NCBI GenBank assembly: GCA_000004985.1
Contig: GG738846.1
Strand: one strand, 5' to 3'
Origin: Naegleria gruberi
Taxonomy: Eukaryota
Length of the DNA: 64,000 bases
Position numbers and translations under genes: made by a program. The notes under the pieces were generated by a model. That model saw only the letters and a list, made by a program, of their open reading frames with translations, did not search any database and was not told the origin of the DNA. Positions 24,043 to 35,758 of the stretch are shown in pieces (position 1 is the stretch's first letter; the number at the start of each line of letters is the position of its first letter).

Positions 24043-24102
24043 TCAATCCTTGTTCAAAATAGAAAGTATGTTCAGTTTCGTAAATGGTGTAATTGAAAAG
24101 AT

Positions 24103-26305
24103 TTATTCATCATGATCTGATGATTCATTCTCAACATCCTCCTCCATCATATCCATAATCACCTCAGCATCAACCTTTTCAGGATGATCAGTGAATGCCA
24201 ATTGTTTCTCAGCTAACTTTCTATAGACACCATTTTCATTGCGGAGTAAATCATCATGTTTACCCTTTTCCATCAAGTTACCCTTCACCAAAACACAAAT
24301 CATATCAGAATTCTTAATTGTTGACAATCTGTGAGCAATACAAATGGTTGTTCTACCGTGCATTAAGGTATCGAGAGCTGCCTGAACCAAAGCTTCTGAT
24401 TCTGTATCTAATGCAGAAGTAGCTTCGTCCAGGAGTAAAAGTTTAGGATTTTGAATTAAGGCTCTAGCAATGGCAATACGTTGTTTTTGACCGCCCGACA
24501 TTGAGACACCCTTTTCACCTAATAATGTATCATATTGTTCTGGAAGATCCATAATGAAATTATGACAATTGGCAAGTTTGGCAGCATTCATAATTTGTTC
24601 ATCTGTGACATTTTCCAAACCAACTGCATAGGCAATATTATCCTTAATGGTTGCAGCAAACAATACTGGTTCTTGAGTGACAATACCTAAATTTCTGTGA
24701 AGCCACATTGGATCAATTTCAGTAATATCAATTCCATCAATTTCAATACTTCCCTTATTTGGATTATAGAACTTTTCCAATAAACCAACAATGGTCGACT
24801 TTCCTGATCCAGATGGACCCACCAAAGCAACCGATTGACCAGCCTTAATTTCCAATGAGAAATTCTTCAATACTGTAATATTAGGTCTGGCAGGATAAAT
24901 AAAATCAACATTTCTAATGGAAATATTTCCGACCAAATTATCAATTTTCTTACCACCCTTAAATGGAATTTCAGGCACTCTCTTAATTACCTTCAACAAG
25001 TAAGTTTCACTCAATCTTGCTTTTGTAAAGTCTGGGAAACTTGCAGTTGTTTGAATCATACCCATAACTGACATGAGCATTAAACCAAAAACTTTAAAGT
25101 AATCTCCCAAACTAAGCTCATTATCAATGATCAAATTACCTCCGTACCAGAAACCAAGAGCGATAGTTCCCCACAATACGAAACCAACTAGATTTCAATA
25201 GTTCAAGTTATGAAAAAATGAATAAAACAAATAACCTACCAATCATAAATGCCAATCCAATAAAGAATGCCTTAAAAAATCCATAAAAGCTAACAATTTT
25301 CAATTGTGACTTGTATCTCAATTGTTCCTTAATTTCACCAGCCATTGATCTGACAGTTTTAATGGCACTGATAATTTCACTTGAAATGGCATAACCCTTC
25401 TCATTGGCATCATTGGTCTTTCTTGTGAATAATCTAATAATGACATCCAAAATAATAATAGTAAGGAAAATCAATGGTGTGGTTGAAATAATGACAAGTG
25501 ACATTTTCCATGAAGAAGTAAATGACATGATCAATCCACCAACTGTTTGAGCAGTATTCTGAATAATTGTTGATAATTTCAATGTATAGGCATCTTGAAT
25601 CTTGGCCACGTCATCACTCAACACACTTGTCAAGGCACCAACTTTCTTAATATCAAAGAATGCCATCTCCTGAGCAGTCAATGAATTAAAATATAATTCT
25701 TTCAATTTTTGTCCAACTCTTTCATTTGCCCAATTGAAAAAGAAATGTAACATGAAATTGGCAACAAAAGCACTTGCTGCAACAATTGTTAATTTCCAAC
25801 CAACTGTATTGACACCTTGTCTGATGGCTTCTGTGGTTACATTGGTACTTGTTAAAATATTAAGTAAATCACCAACAATAAATTGGATAAATAAGGAAAT
25901 TAATCCAGCACTATATTTGGTAATTCAAAATATTATTTAAAAATATTCAATGAATAATTAATTATATTAGTAATGATAGTAATATTAATAAAAAACATAC
26001 CCAACTGCACCAATAGTTCCAAAAAACATTAAAATTAAATTAAACCATCCAAATTTGGATAATAAATACAAGTGATCCTTTGCTCCAATGGATGGTTCTC
26101 TTGGATCATCGATTTCTTCATTCTTTTCAGATAATTCTTTCATTTGTGCTTGATATCTACGTTGTTTGATTCTTTTGAATGGATTTCTTGACAAGGAATT
26201 ATTCGAAACTCCTGCTTGACTTTCTGGAGGTGGTGCAGCACTTGTTGTAGTTGGCGTGCTTCCTTCCTCAACAACAGTTCCTGGCACAATTGATTCTGAT
26301 ATCAT
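24103..26305 (-). CDS. abcB: ABC transporter, B-family half-transporter (TMD-NBD). Exons 26001..26305, 25240..25910 and 24103..25187; introns 25911..26000 and 25188..25239; 686 aa.
   Basis: Walker A GPSGSGKST, the ABC signature LSGGQKQRIAIARAL, Walker B LLLLDEATSALD and the H-loop CIAHRL are all present. The upstream exon has 6 TM helices. Splice junctions (GTATGT...TATAG and GTAGGT...TCTAG) are phase-consistent, and the CDS is 2061 nt, divisible by 3. Confidence 0.85.
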
Positions 26306-26777
26306 CTTCTTATTTCGAATATATATTTACAATAATTCTAAACTCTATTAGAAACTCGATAAAAACTTGTGTATTTGTGTTTGTTTTTTTTCAAATTGTC
26401 CTCAACAGAATCAATTATGAATCACATATTTAATCGCACTCACTCATGCTCACTCATGTGTTGCTTAAACCACCAACAATCCGAATTTGGAGAGGAACCA
26501 ATTATCGGTAGTGGATTTTGAATCAAAAGCGGGCACTTTACCAATCCCCTCACTTTTGTCCACACCACTATCGTCATCATATCATGTTCAACCAAATGCG
26601 CATGCATATTCTTTCAATTGTTTTTTTGCATTGCTCGTTCTATTGGATTAGAGGGATTATAGAACAAATTCTGTTATAAACCCTTGCGGGTTGATTCTCC
26701 CGCCTCTGAAGTTGGAATTGTAGATTTTCCACAACAAACGTGTTTGAAAATTTTGGCGGTACTCGGACTTGAAAAAA
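26306..26777. promoter_or_regulatory. Divergent (head-to-head) promoter region shared by the ABCB transporter (-) and the Zn2Cys6 factor (+), with a GC-elevated core
   Basis: 472-bp spacer between the two start codons. It contains direct repeats cactcactcatgctcactcatg, and GC-rich elements (aaacccttgcgggttgattctcccgcc, ttggcggtactcgg) that are atypical for the AT-rich intergenic background. Confidence 0.4.
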
Positions 26778-28646
26778 ATGACTCAACGAGAGGATGAATT
26801 AAACATGTCCATTCATAATGGAGAAGATGAAGAAGAGAATGTTCTTCGAAAAACTTCAGAAGGAACAGATGCAAGTTCCGAAACAATGTTTCATCCGATT
26901 TCCTGTAATAAATGTAGAACGAATCATAAAAAAGTAGGTTGACTTTGTGTTGTTTGTTGTTATTAGAAATCCATTAGTGTGATAAAAAGTTACCAATGTG
27001 CTCGTATTGTGCCAGTAGAGGAATTGCTTGTGAAGTAAGTTTTTTTTAACTTTACAATAATTGTAAACCTTTTTAAAGTATGATAATCCTAGAAAGAGAG
27101 GAAAAGGCTCGGATCAGTATCCTCCAGAACCAAAAAAGAGAAAGATTAAAATTCAACCAGAATGGAAGGAAATTGGACTTTTGGATCCAAATTTACTTGT
27201 GGAATTTTATTATGACTACCTGTCGGATGGTTTAGCAGTTTTACCAAAACACAAATTTACTTATTTTGTAACGAATTGTTTGAATCAATTTATGAGAGTT
27301 TCTACGGAACCTCTTACATTGGAAACTAATGATTTAATCAAGTCAGAGGAGGAAATGAGAGGATTATATATAATGTATTCAGCCCTTCTGACTGTGTATT
27401 ATCAATTTCATGCCAAAACGGAATTGGCTACCCTCACTGCAAGTATATGTGAAAAGGAAATTACAAAACATTCCATAGAATGTTTTGAAAACTTGTATTT
27501 TGTTGCAGGTTGTCATACTATAGCTCTGTTTTTTCTCATTGAGGGTAGTCAAGAGAAAAAGGGAAAGTTTTTTGGACACTACGTAACTTATTTCTTCAAA
27601 ATGAAAGACAATATAGATGATATGGATGCTTTTGAGAAGAATTTTTATCATTCCTATTTGCTAATTAAGCACGTATGTGAACACGAACCTCCAAAAGATT
27701 TCAAGTCATTTATTAGTGGATTGCCACAGTTCTTCCAAGTACTGTCGGGAAGAAATATTGAGGATGTTGTAATACCAGAAGTTTGGGAATATTTGAAGAG
27801 TGCAGAACCTAATTCAGCAAATTACATGATTTTCAAACAATTATTGGAAAATGTCTTTCTTTTTGCGGATCAACATAAGAAACATATGATGACAAGTAAC
27901 TTGAGCAATGATTCAATTTCAAAGAATTATTTGGAATTTGAAAGTTTGATTAGGAATATTATTCATGATGGATTCAGATTGCTATTCTATGGAAAAATTC
28001 CTGAATTGGCTGGTGAACTCATTGAAGAAGTTGCTTTGAGAATTACTCTCCAAACTGAAAATGATTTATTCAAGTATGTTTTTGATTTTGATTTTGATTT
28101 TTACTAATATTTTCTTTTATTTGTTAAAATATATATAGACTTGCACTTCCAGCTGTAGATATTGGAATAAGAAAAGCATGTGAATTCCACTTGAAAGTTT
28201 CACAGGAAGTTGAGATGGGTCTACGTGACAGGAGATCTAGAATCAAAACCTCCTCAGGAAAGACAATCTCATTCGATAATTATTCACTTTTGGAAAAGGA
28301 TTTAAAGGCCATTAAATTATTGGCAAGTAGATTCAAATCAATTTACAATATTGATAAGGAACTCATTGCTAAATGTGAAGAATTTCTGAAAAGACAGGAG
28401 GAAAAGCAACAAACACAACCTTCCATAACCATGTTACCTCCTATTGATACTAATTTATTGAGACCTCCAGTACATATTGAATGGAATCATCATAATCAAG
28501 ATTCATTCTTGTCATCAATGATGGATTTTGTCAAACTAATGACACAAAATAACAATGGAAATATGTCATCACCCTCACCATCCAACTCTTCATTTGGTAG
28601 TGCAAGCAGCAGCGCTCCTTATGATCCTTGGAGTTTATTCCAATAA
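26778..28646 (+). CDS. Zn(II)2Cys6 binuclear-cluster (GAL4-type) transcription factor. Exons 26778..26933, 26978..27034, 27079..28073 and 28139..28646; introns of 44, 44 and 65 nt; 571 aa.
   Basis: The spliced N-terminus ...ISCNKCRTNHKK|CDKKLPMCSYCASRGIACE|YDNPRKRGKGSDQYPPEPKKRKIK gives C-x2-C-x6-C-x5-C-x2-C-x6-C followed by a basic linker. Donors are GTAGGT, GTAAGT and GTATGT, and every acceptor is AG. The CDS is 1716 nt, divisible by 3. Confidence 0.7.
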
Positions 28647-28717
28647 AATTAATGTAAATATTAAAACTTAAGCCATACTGTAAAATAGTTACTTATTGAT
28701 AATTTGTTGTAAAAAGA

Positions 28718-30514
28718 TTATAAAGCAGGCTGTTTATTCATTTCTGCAGTGGATGATTCTCCCTTTGAATTACTATTAAACAGTCTGTTAACAGCTCTTG
28801 TCAACTTGTCTCCATAAACAATCTTGAAAGTTTCTTCCTTAAATGTCATATAGGTAGAGAATGACAATACAGCAAATATACAAGAATCTAGGAAAATATT
28901 CCTCACAACCCCATAAAACACTGAAATCACATCGTATCCAAAAGCATAGGTCAGTACACACAAAAATACCACCAACCAATTAGCAAGGAACAATACAGAG
29001 ACAATCAAAATAAACTTGGTAAATCTATACTCCAAAACACCTCCATTATTCCTCCTCAATGTCAAGAATATTTTGACTCCATAAAAAGAAAATCCAATCT
29101 CAAAGGTGAATAAATAAATCAATGCAAATATCGCCAACACAACCCACGCATAACCATAATACGAAACCGAAACGAAAACTATCAGTGCAATAATTAGGGC
29201 AATAATCAATGCCACATAAAATACTGCAAGAATAATCTTGTTAATTTTGGAGAGCTTTCTATTACTTGCATCTTTCCTCTGTGATAGATCAATAATGTGT
29301 GACCACAAAATAACCATTGAACTATATCCACACAAAACACAAATTGCACTAATAGCTCTAAAAACTCCTCCAAAATAGGCAAGGAAAAAATCGTGAACTC
29401 CTGAAAAATTGAATAAAAACCTGAAAAAGTTTTCTAAAAATCCAGCAAACGCAGAAATGCAAAACCAAATAATTGGATGACTGACAATATCAAACAAGTG
29501 TCTGGTAAACCACAAAATAGTTTTGAATCGATTAGTTTCTTCAATATTGGTCATCATTTTCTTTTTAAATGAAACAATTCGCTCAGCAATTCTTGGAATG
29601 AAAACAAATAATATCAAAAAGAAGAACAAGCCAACATAGAGCAATGCAAAAAAGATTGCTGCATAGAAATAAGCCATTGGTGTCTGATATCGATGATAAA
29701 AATCATTACAAACAAATCCAAATGAAGAATATTCAGTCTGATAATCACACCAACATAGATAGGGAATATTCATTCCTATTTGTAAATTGAGAGAATTAGA
29801 TTGATTGAAAAATTCACTCTGTAATCCATATCTTTGAATGATGGGTTTGAAATAAAATTCAAAAAATGTTGGAAGTGAAACATTCTTCAAGTATAAACTT
29901 CTAGAAATGGTCGAATCTAAACTATATAAATAATTATAAAAAGTATTCTTAAAATAGTCTGATATTAAAAATGTATGATCAAATAATGGCACATTCACCA
30001 AATTATTCGAATTTCCATTACAATGTGATTGAATCACATGTTGATATAAACTAATTGATTGATTAAAAATGTTAAATATTGAACAAGTTCCATAATTTGA
30101 TTCTAAAAATTCAATTGTATCTGTTGAATTACAATATAAACAATAATTTACAATTCTCGATAATTCTATCAATGTTGACTTGTTTGTAAAATCCCAAAAA
30201 TTAAATTCACAAAGTTTTTCACAAGCAATAACAGCATGATTGGAAGAAGGTGAACAGAAATTTTCAATGGGTGTGTCAAAGGTGAATAATTTGGTAAAAT
30301 AATATTCATTGACTGGATTTAAATCGAGACATTCATGGAGTGGATAGTTTAATTTATCTAATAATTGATATTCGAAAGTTTCGTTAGTATTTTGGGGTTG
30401 CAATAAATGATTGCATAGAGATGATGAAGCTGTCATCATGATGACTAGTAACATCACATATTGCGCTCCGACATGGATTCTTGAAATATTTCTGCATATT
30501 GTGAAAGCTGTCAT
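28718..30514 (-). CDS. Seven-TM receptor-like protein with an N-terminal Cys-rich glycosylated ectodomain of about 270 aa; 598 aa
   Basis: Signal-like MLLVIMMTASSSLC. The ectodomain has many Cys residues and N-x-S/T sites. Seven hydrophobic helices follow, from AYFYAAIFFALLYVGLFFFLILFVFI to IFLDSCIFAVLSFSTYMTF, and then a cytoplasmic tail. The family (GPR107/108, TMEM145 or frizzled-like) was not resolved. Confidence 0.5.
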   Translation of the reverse strand: MTAFTICRNISRIHVGAQYVMLLVIMMTASSSLCNHLLQPQNTNETFEYQLLDKLNYPLHECLDLNPVNEYYFTKLFTFDTPIENFCSPSSNHAVIACEKLCEFNFWDFTNKSTLIELSRIVNYCLYCNSTDTIEFLESNYGTCSIFNIFNQSISLYQHVIQSHCNGNSNNLVNVPLFDHTFLISDYFKNTFYNYLYSLDSTISRSLYLKNVSLPTFFEFYFKPIIQRYGLQSEFFNQSNSLNLQIGMNIPYLCWCDYQTEYSSFGFVCNDFYHRYQTPMAYFYAAIFFALLYVGLFFFLILFVFIPRIAERIVSFKKKMMTNIEETNRFKTILWFTRHLFDIVSHPIIWFCISAFAGFLENFFRFLFNFSGVHDFFLAYFGGVFRAISAICVLCGYSSMVILWSHIIDLSQRKDASNRKLSKINKIILAVFYVALIIALIIALIVFVSVSYYGYAWVVLAIFALIYLFTFEIGFSFYGVKIFLTLRRNNGGVLEYRFTKFILIVSVLFLANWLVVFLCVLTYAFGYDVISVFYGVVRNIFLDSCIFAVLSFSTYMTFKEETFKIVYGDKLTRAVNRLFNSNSKGESSTAEMNKQPAL

Positions 30515-30620
30515 TTTTTTTTGGAAATTTTGCTTGATTTTGAAGAACCGTTACAAATTTTGGCGTTTTACAACAATACCAATCATGAATGAAGTTCTAG
30601 CACACATTGTGCTGTGAGAT

Positions 30621-33427
30621 TTATTCATCATGTTGATGCAAACTTATTTGATTTTCCATTTTGGCCTTCTTAACTTGAGATCTTTGTCTGACAGTAGATT
30701 CCGATGAAGATTCTTCAAATCTAACATTGGATGATGAATTACTGCTACTAGTAGTATTAGTGGAGGTTAATGTTGCTGGTGGAGGAATCATTCTTTCAAC
30801 ATTGGCCATGGCAAGGTAAGGGAAGATGTGGACTTGAGCCATTTGGAGTGCAAATGCAATTGTTGGATTGGTTTCTGGATCTTCAATCAATTCTTGAACC
30901 TTTGTCTTGAGCCAAGTTTGGAAGAGGAAGACAACAACCACCAAAATAAGAATGAGGTAAATTGGATTTCTGATAATAGAATAAATTTCATCCCAACCTA
31001 AAACTACAAGTAAAATATAAACCCAATATGGAATATTGGCCTTATTTTGTTGAGCAATCAATTGAGCTCTTTGCACATCTCCGTAAATATTGTCAGTTCT
31101 CATAATATAATTCTCGTAGGCTCTAATACAGATATTTTCACTCATGATAAGGTTTTCTTCAAACAAGGACATGATATCCTTCTTTTCAACTTCATTTCCT
31201 TCATCAGTGTTAGTGGAGGACTCCTCAACCTTGACATGCTTCAAGACCTTTCGAATATCATCAGAAGCTGGGAATGCAAAATCACCAATACCTCCTGATT
31301 CATCTAACTTTGGTAAACGAAGGTGAATATCATCAAATTCACGATGATCTAATCTACAAAGGAAGAAAATATCAAGAATCTTGATGGCTTCTTGTCTAGC
31401 TTTGGTATAATCTTCCTTAATTTGCTCCATATTCTTCCAAGCTCTGAGAATGTTATTTTCATCTCTCTTGAATAAATCTTCAAATCTACTGGTGAGTGTA
31501 AGTGAGATTACGTTGGACATTTCTCTAACCTTGGTAACAATTTCATTTCTGGCAGCAACTCTAATTCTTGGTACAAATTTGGAACAATCAGCAATATCCA
31601 AGTCCTTGAGAGATTTGGCGAGATGCTCCTTTTCTTCGGTTACAACTTTGGTCAAGTAATTGGAAAGAGTAACCCAGAGTTTTTCAGTTGGTTTCGTAAC
31701 CCATTGATTAATATCTTCTCTAATGTGTTTCTTCATTTCATCAATTTGAATCTTGACAATCACTTCAACTTGTTTGTGTCTGTATTCTTCAATAATATTC
31801 TTAATTTCCTCTTCCAAAGATTCCAAGGATGGGTTAAAGTTGAATTGTTCATCAGAGTTCAATCCTGGATAGATGGATTCCTCAGCCAAACCAGTAAAGA
31901 AATTGGTGATATAGTCATGAGTTTGCTTTGTAGTATTGGTAAAATCATCAACAATTTCATTATCGTCAATCTTCTTTTGTACGTTGGAGAACATAAACTT
32001 TTTGAAAGCATCCAAAGATTGTTGCTTGATGAGGGCAATTTGAGAAGTGAATAATATGGCAACTTCAGAGACCATTCTTTCCTTAAATTCTTCACACTTC
32101 TTGTGAACAACATCTGGAACGTATAATTTAGTTTGATCCATAAAGTGAGCAAGGGTCTTTTCAATAATGTCGTGAGATTTGCTTCCAAACTTGGAAACCA
32201 ATTGCTTCTTCTTGAGAATTTCGCTCCATTCAATAATTTGTTCTTCAAAAGGTCTGTACAAGGCAGAGGAAATTTCATCACAACGATACATGGCCAACAT
32301 TTCTTTTTGAGTTGGAATATCCAAATCCTTGTTAGCATAAATGACTTCCCAAATATCTTTAGCATACATTTCAAAATCGTCTATTGGCACTGACTTTTTA
32401 TACTTTGGATTGAAAACATAGCCCTTAGCGTTTGGATTGACAAATCTATCTCTCATGAGCTCAATTTCCTTATTGAAAAGGTCTTCTTGCAAGAGCTTGT
32501 GTGGAAGTGAAGTAAATTCAAAATCGAAAAAGTCTGTCACCTTAGAATCCTCAAATTGTGTTGGCTTCATGATATTACCCCAGAGCTTTTCAACATCCTT
32601 GATCATTTGATCACGTAAAGCCTCTAGTGGTGTCATTTCTCTAATATGATCTCTAATAACAAAAAGTAAAAGTGTCTTGGAAGATCTGTAAAATTAAATA
32701 ATTAACATCATATTAAAATAAGCACTTGAAAAAGATCAAAAACATACTTGTCCTTAGTAAATAACTGTAAATTCAATTCAAAAACAATACGAAGTAATGC
32801 AAGGTTAGCTGCATTATATCTACCAATATCTTGCATCCACATATTTACAAGTAAAACTTCCGAAACTGCCAAAGCAAACAATGAAATCTTTCTTTCAAAA
32901 GCCATATTATCATCTCCAGAACCTCTTTCCTTTGAGTCAGTTCCTTCCAAATCCATCAAGAGAATATCTTTATCCAATGTTTTGTTAGCCTTTGCCATAC
33001 AAACTCCTAGTGTAACTTGATAACGACCAGTACTTGCATCCATAGTTGGAAAACCAGCTCCAAAAAGTCTATTCAACAAGGTTGATTTACCACTACTTTG
33101 AGGTCCAAAAACAGAGAGAATATTATAATTATCTCCCTTTCCTCTCATATTGGTTTGACCAACAAATCTATCCAAAGTCTCACTATTTTTAAATTATCAT
33201 GTATATGAATCAATATTATTATCATCATCATATATTCCGAACAATTTCCAATATCAAAACAACAATAACATATATTTACAAACAATCCCACCAATAAAAA
33301 CTCACCTAAATTTTCCTTCACCATCTACCAATTGAACAAAATTAGCAGGGCGATTATCCGATGATGCATTCCCATCAACCTCTCTAGCTGTTGCTTCTGA
33401 TTGTTCGTTGTTATTGGAGAAGGTCAT
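30621..33427 (-). CDS. sey1: Sey1/RHD3 (root hair defective 3) ER membrane-fusion GTPase. Exons 33306..33427, 32748..33182 and 30621..32685; introns 33183..33305 and 32686..32747; 873 aa.
   Basis: GTPase G1 motif GPQSSGKSTLLN inside LDRFVGQTN...ILSVFGPQSSGKSTLLNRLFGAGF, then DLEGTD, the junction FTKDK|SSKTLLLFVIRDH (matching RHD3 TTLMFVIRD) and two C-terminal TM helices (IYLILILVVVVFLF). Donors are GTGAGT and GTATGT. The CDS is 2622 nt, divisible by 3. Confidence 0.85.
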
Positions 33428-33715
33428 TTTTTGCTGTTATGAAATTAAAATCAATTTTCCTTCTTGTTTTTATTGTTGTGCAAAAATGACGTCACAACAA
33501 GAAAGGTGAGAAAATTTGTTTTTAAATTTAAAGAGAGTGTATGGATTTTGATTAACGTGAAGCACATTTATACATGTCGTCATCTATTCGCCATATTGAA
33601 GAGATAGATTGATTTATTATTGCATATTACCATACCGGTTGAGAGTCAATTGAATAAGGTAGCAGCTGGTGCATTTCCCGCCACAAGTTATTATTCCACA
33701 TTAAATTTGAAAAAA
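33428..33715. promoter_or_regulatory. Divergent promoter region between sey1 (-) and the ORC5-like gene (+)
   Basis: 288-bp spacer between opposing start codons. Confidence 0.35.
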
Positions 33716-35614
33716 ATGAACGATAATCAAAATGATGAAAAGGTTGTTGAGGAGGTGTTGAAAACAAAGGTTATTTCTCGTAGAAAAAGGAGAACAAAAA
33801 TTCTGATTCAACCCATTGAAGAAGAAGAAGAAGTAAAAACAACAACAATTGTACCACCACCTGTCGTTGTTGCTCGTAATGTTGAACAATCATCCTCCGA
33901 AGTTAAAGAGGACATTGATCAAAAGGAAAAACAGGAAATAGTGGTTCATCATCACAACAAAAGAAGGAGTACTGGTAGTAATAATGATATGGAATATGAC
34001 GATTCTAGTTGCATTGATATTTCAATAGTGAGTGATGGAATGGATAATAGTCTAGTTGAGGATGAAGTAATGGAAGATAAGACAGATGGTGTCTATTCGG
34101 AGGAAAATAATTCTGGTGGTGAAGAGGATGAAGATGAAATGAATAAGTACATAGATGAAGACGAAGAGGAAGATTCTGATGGCGAAGAAAATCATGAGGA
34201 CAAGCCAATTCAACATGAGGAGGAAGATGATGAAACTGCTGATAGACGGAGATCTTCCTATCCTTTTGTTGAATTATTGTTGGAGAATGAATTAGTCACA
34301 CCACCAATGATTCTTCCATATATTGAGAATAACTTTCATCCAATCTATCATTTGTGGAAACATGGATTTATTCACTTGAATATGAATAGTAATATAATAG
34401 ATTATCATATCAATTATTTGATGAAGTATGTCAAAAAAGTTGATGATTATGAGTATTCTATTATCGAAATTGATGTGAGAGAGTATAGTACCTTGTCTTC
34501 AGTTTTACACTCTCTATTAATCAAAATGTTCGACCACACAAAATTCAGAAAGGTACCTTCCAAGGTTTACTTCTTCTCTAAATTGAGTGAATTGACTGAC
34601 AAGTTTTGCATTCTTCTGAAAGGTATTAACGATTTTGAGTTATTATCAATATTTATGAATTTATTTAGGAATAGTTCTAATAGAATTTGTGTATTTTATA
34701 TTGATAACAAACATTTATCGTTTGATAATGTAAATATCAACTCTAATAATATTATCAATATATATAGTAACATAATTTATAATACAGTAAATTGTAATGA
34801 TATGGATGTAATCAAGTCCTATCTTGTGAATAATATTGTAGAGTTTAGTGAGTATAGGGAGATTTTTGAGGAATTTATAGAACTCTTCTTGAATGTTCAC
34901 ATGAGTATGGAAAAGAATATTATAATATTTATTAAAATAATTCCTAGATTATTCAAACATTGTTTGACTCAAGTCGACACGACGAATGAGATTACCTGTA
35001 TGAGTCTTTTCAAATTGGTGAGCAATATTTCATTCCATCAATTGATAGAAATGTTCGATGTGTACAATTTGAAGGAGCTTGCTGCTAGATCCCTAAATAA
35101 TCCATCTGACAAGAAGAATAATTTGGAAGAATTTTTGGAGAGTGAAAGTATTGGTTCAACCAGTGAATTAATTGAAAAGCACATTATTATTGCAGCCTAT
35201 GTTGCTAGCAAAAATTCGAAACAGTGGGATACACTATTGGATAATTCATTGAAACAAAAGAAAAAGAGGAAAAAATTAGACGAAACATCAAGTGTAAAGA
35301 TTAGCACCAAGACCAATAAGAAACAATTATTTGACATACCAAGATTGTTGTACATTTTCAGAAATATCATTAGCAATTCCCAACATGTAGATTCTCTAAC
35401 TGGTCCAATTGACTATATTCCACACATTTCAAGTCTACTGAGTAAGAATGTCCTCGAATGGAAACGAAAAAAGAATGAAATTTTACAATCCAATATGAAT
35501 AGTGGAGAGCACATGATGACACTTTCTTCCAAGTATTCATTTCCAATTGTGAAAGAATTGGCAACTGAATTGGGAATTAGCACACTCTTTGAACGTTATG
35601 TTGAAGAGGAATAA
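33716..35614 (+). CDS. Origin recognition complex subunit 5-like protein (tentative); 632 aa
   Basis: C-terminal block KHIIIAAYVASKNSKQWDTLL...KKKRKKLDE...KKQLFDIPRLLYIFRNIISNS resembles the ORC5 motif [20 protein letters not shown]...LDRLLAIL. The N-terminus is acidic, and no clear P-loop was seen. Confidence 0.3.
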   Translation: MNDNQNDEKVVEEVLKTKVISRRKRRTKILIQPIEEEEEVKTTTIVPPPVVVARNVEQSSSEVKEDIDQKEKQEIVVHHHNKRRSTGSNNDMEYDDSSCIDISIVSDGMDNSLVEDEVMEDKTDGVYSEENNSGGEEDEDEMNKYIDEDEEEDSDGEENHEDKPIQHEEEDDETADRRRSSYPFVELLLENELVTPPMILPYIENNFHPIYHLWKHGFIHLNMNSNIIDYHINYLMKYVKKVDDYEYSIIEIDVREYSTLSSVLHSLLIKMFDHTKFRKVPSKVYFFSKLSELTDKFCILLKGINDFELLSIFMNLFRNSSNRICVFYIDNKHLSFDNVNINSNNIINIYSNIIYNTVNCNDMDVIKSYLVNNIVEFSEYREIFEEFIELFLNVHMSMEKNIIIFIKIIPRLFKHCLTQVDTTNEITCMSLFKLVSNISFHQLIEMFDVYNLKELAARSLNNPSDKKNNLEEFLESESIGSTSELIEKHIIIAAYVASKNSKQWDTLLDNSLKQKKKRKKLDETSSVKISTKTNKKQLFDIPRLLYIFRNIISNSQHVDSLTGPIDYIPHISSLLSKNVLEWKRKKNEILQSNMNSGEHMMTLSSKYSFPIVKELATELGISTLFERYVEEE

Positions 35615-35758
35615 TAAATATCTATTTCAGTGCTATTACAACCCTTTGTCTAGAGAATACCACATAGTCAATCTCAATACCAAATATTGATTTGCAAAGA
35701 GTTGTGAAATTCACATTCATCCCGCCAAATTTACAATGTCAAAAAAACAATCAAAAAA

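Noticed and set aside
31047-32393. Several 60-171-aa ORFs on both strands inside the Sey1 region
   Set aside because: They overlap the long, homology-supported Sey1 exon and have no start context or homology. They are antisense or out-of-frame artefacts.
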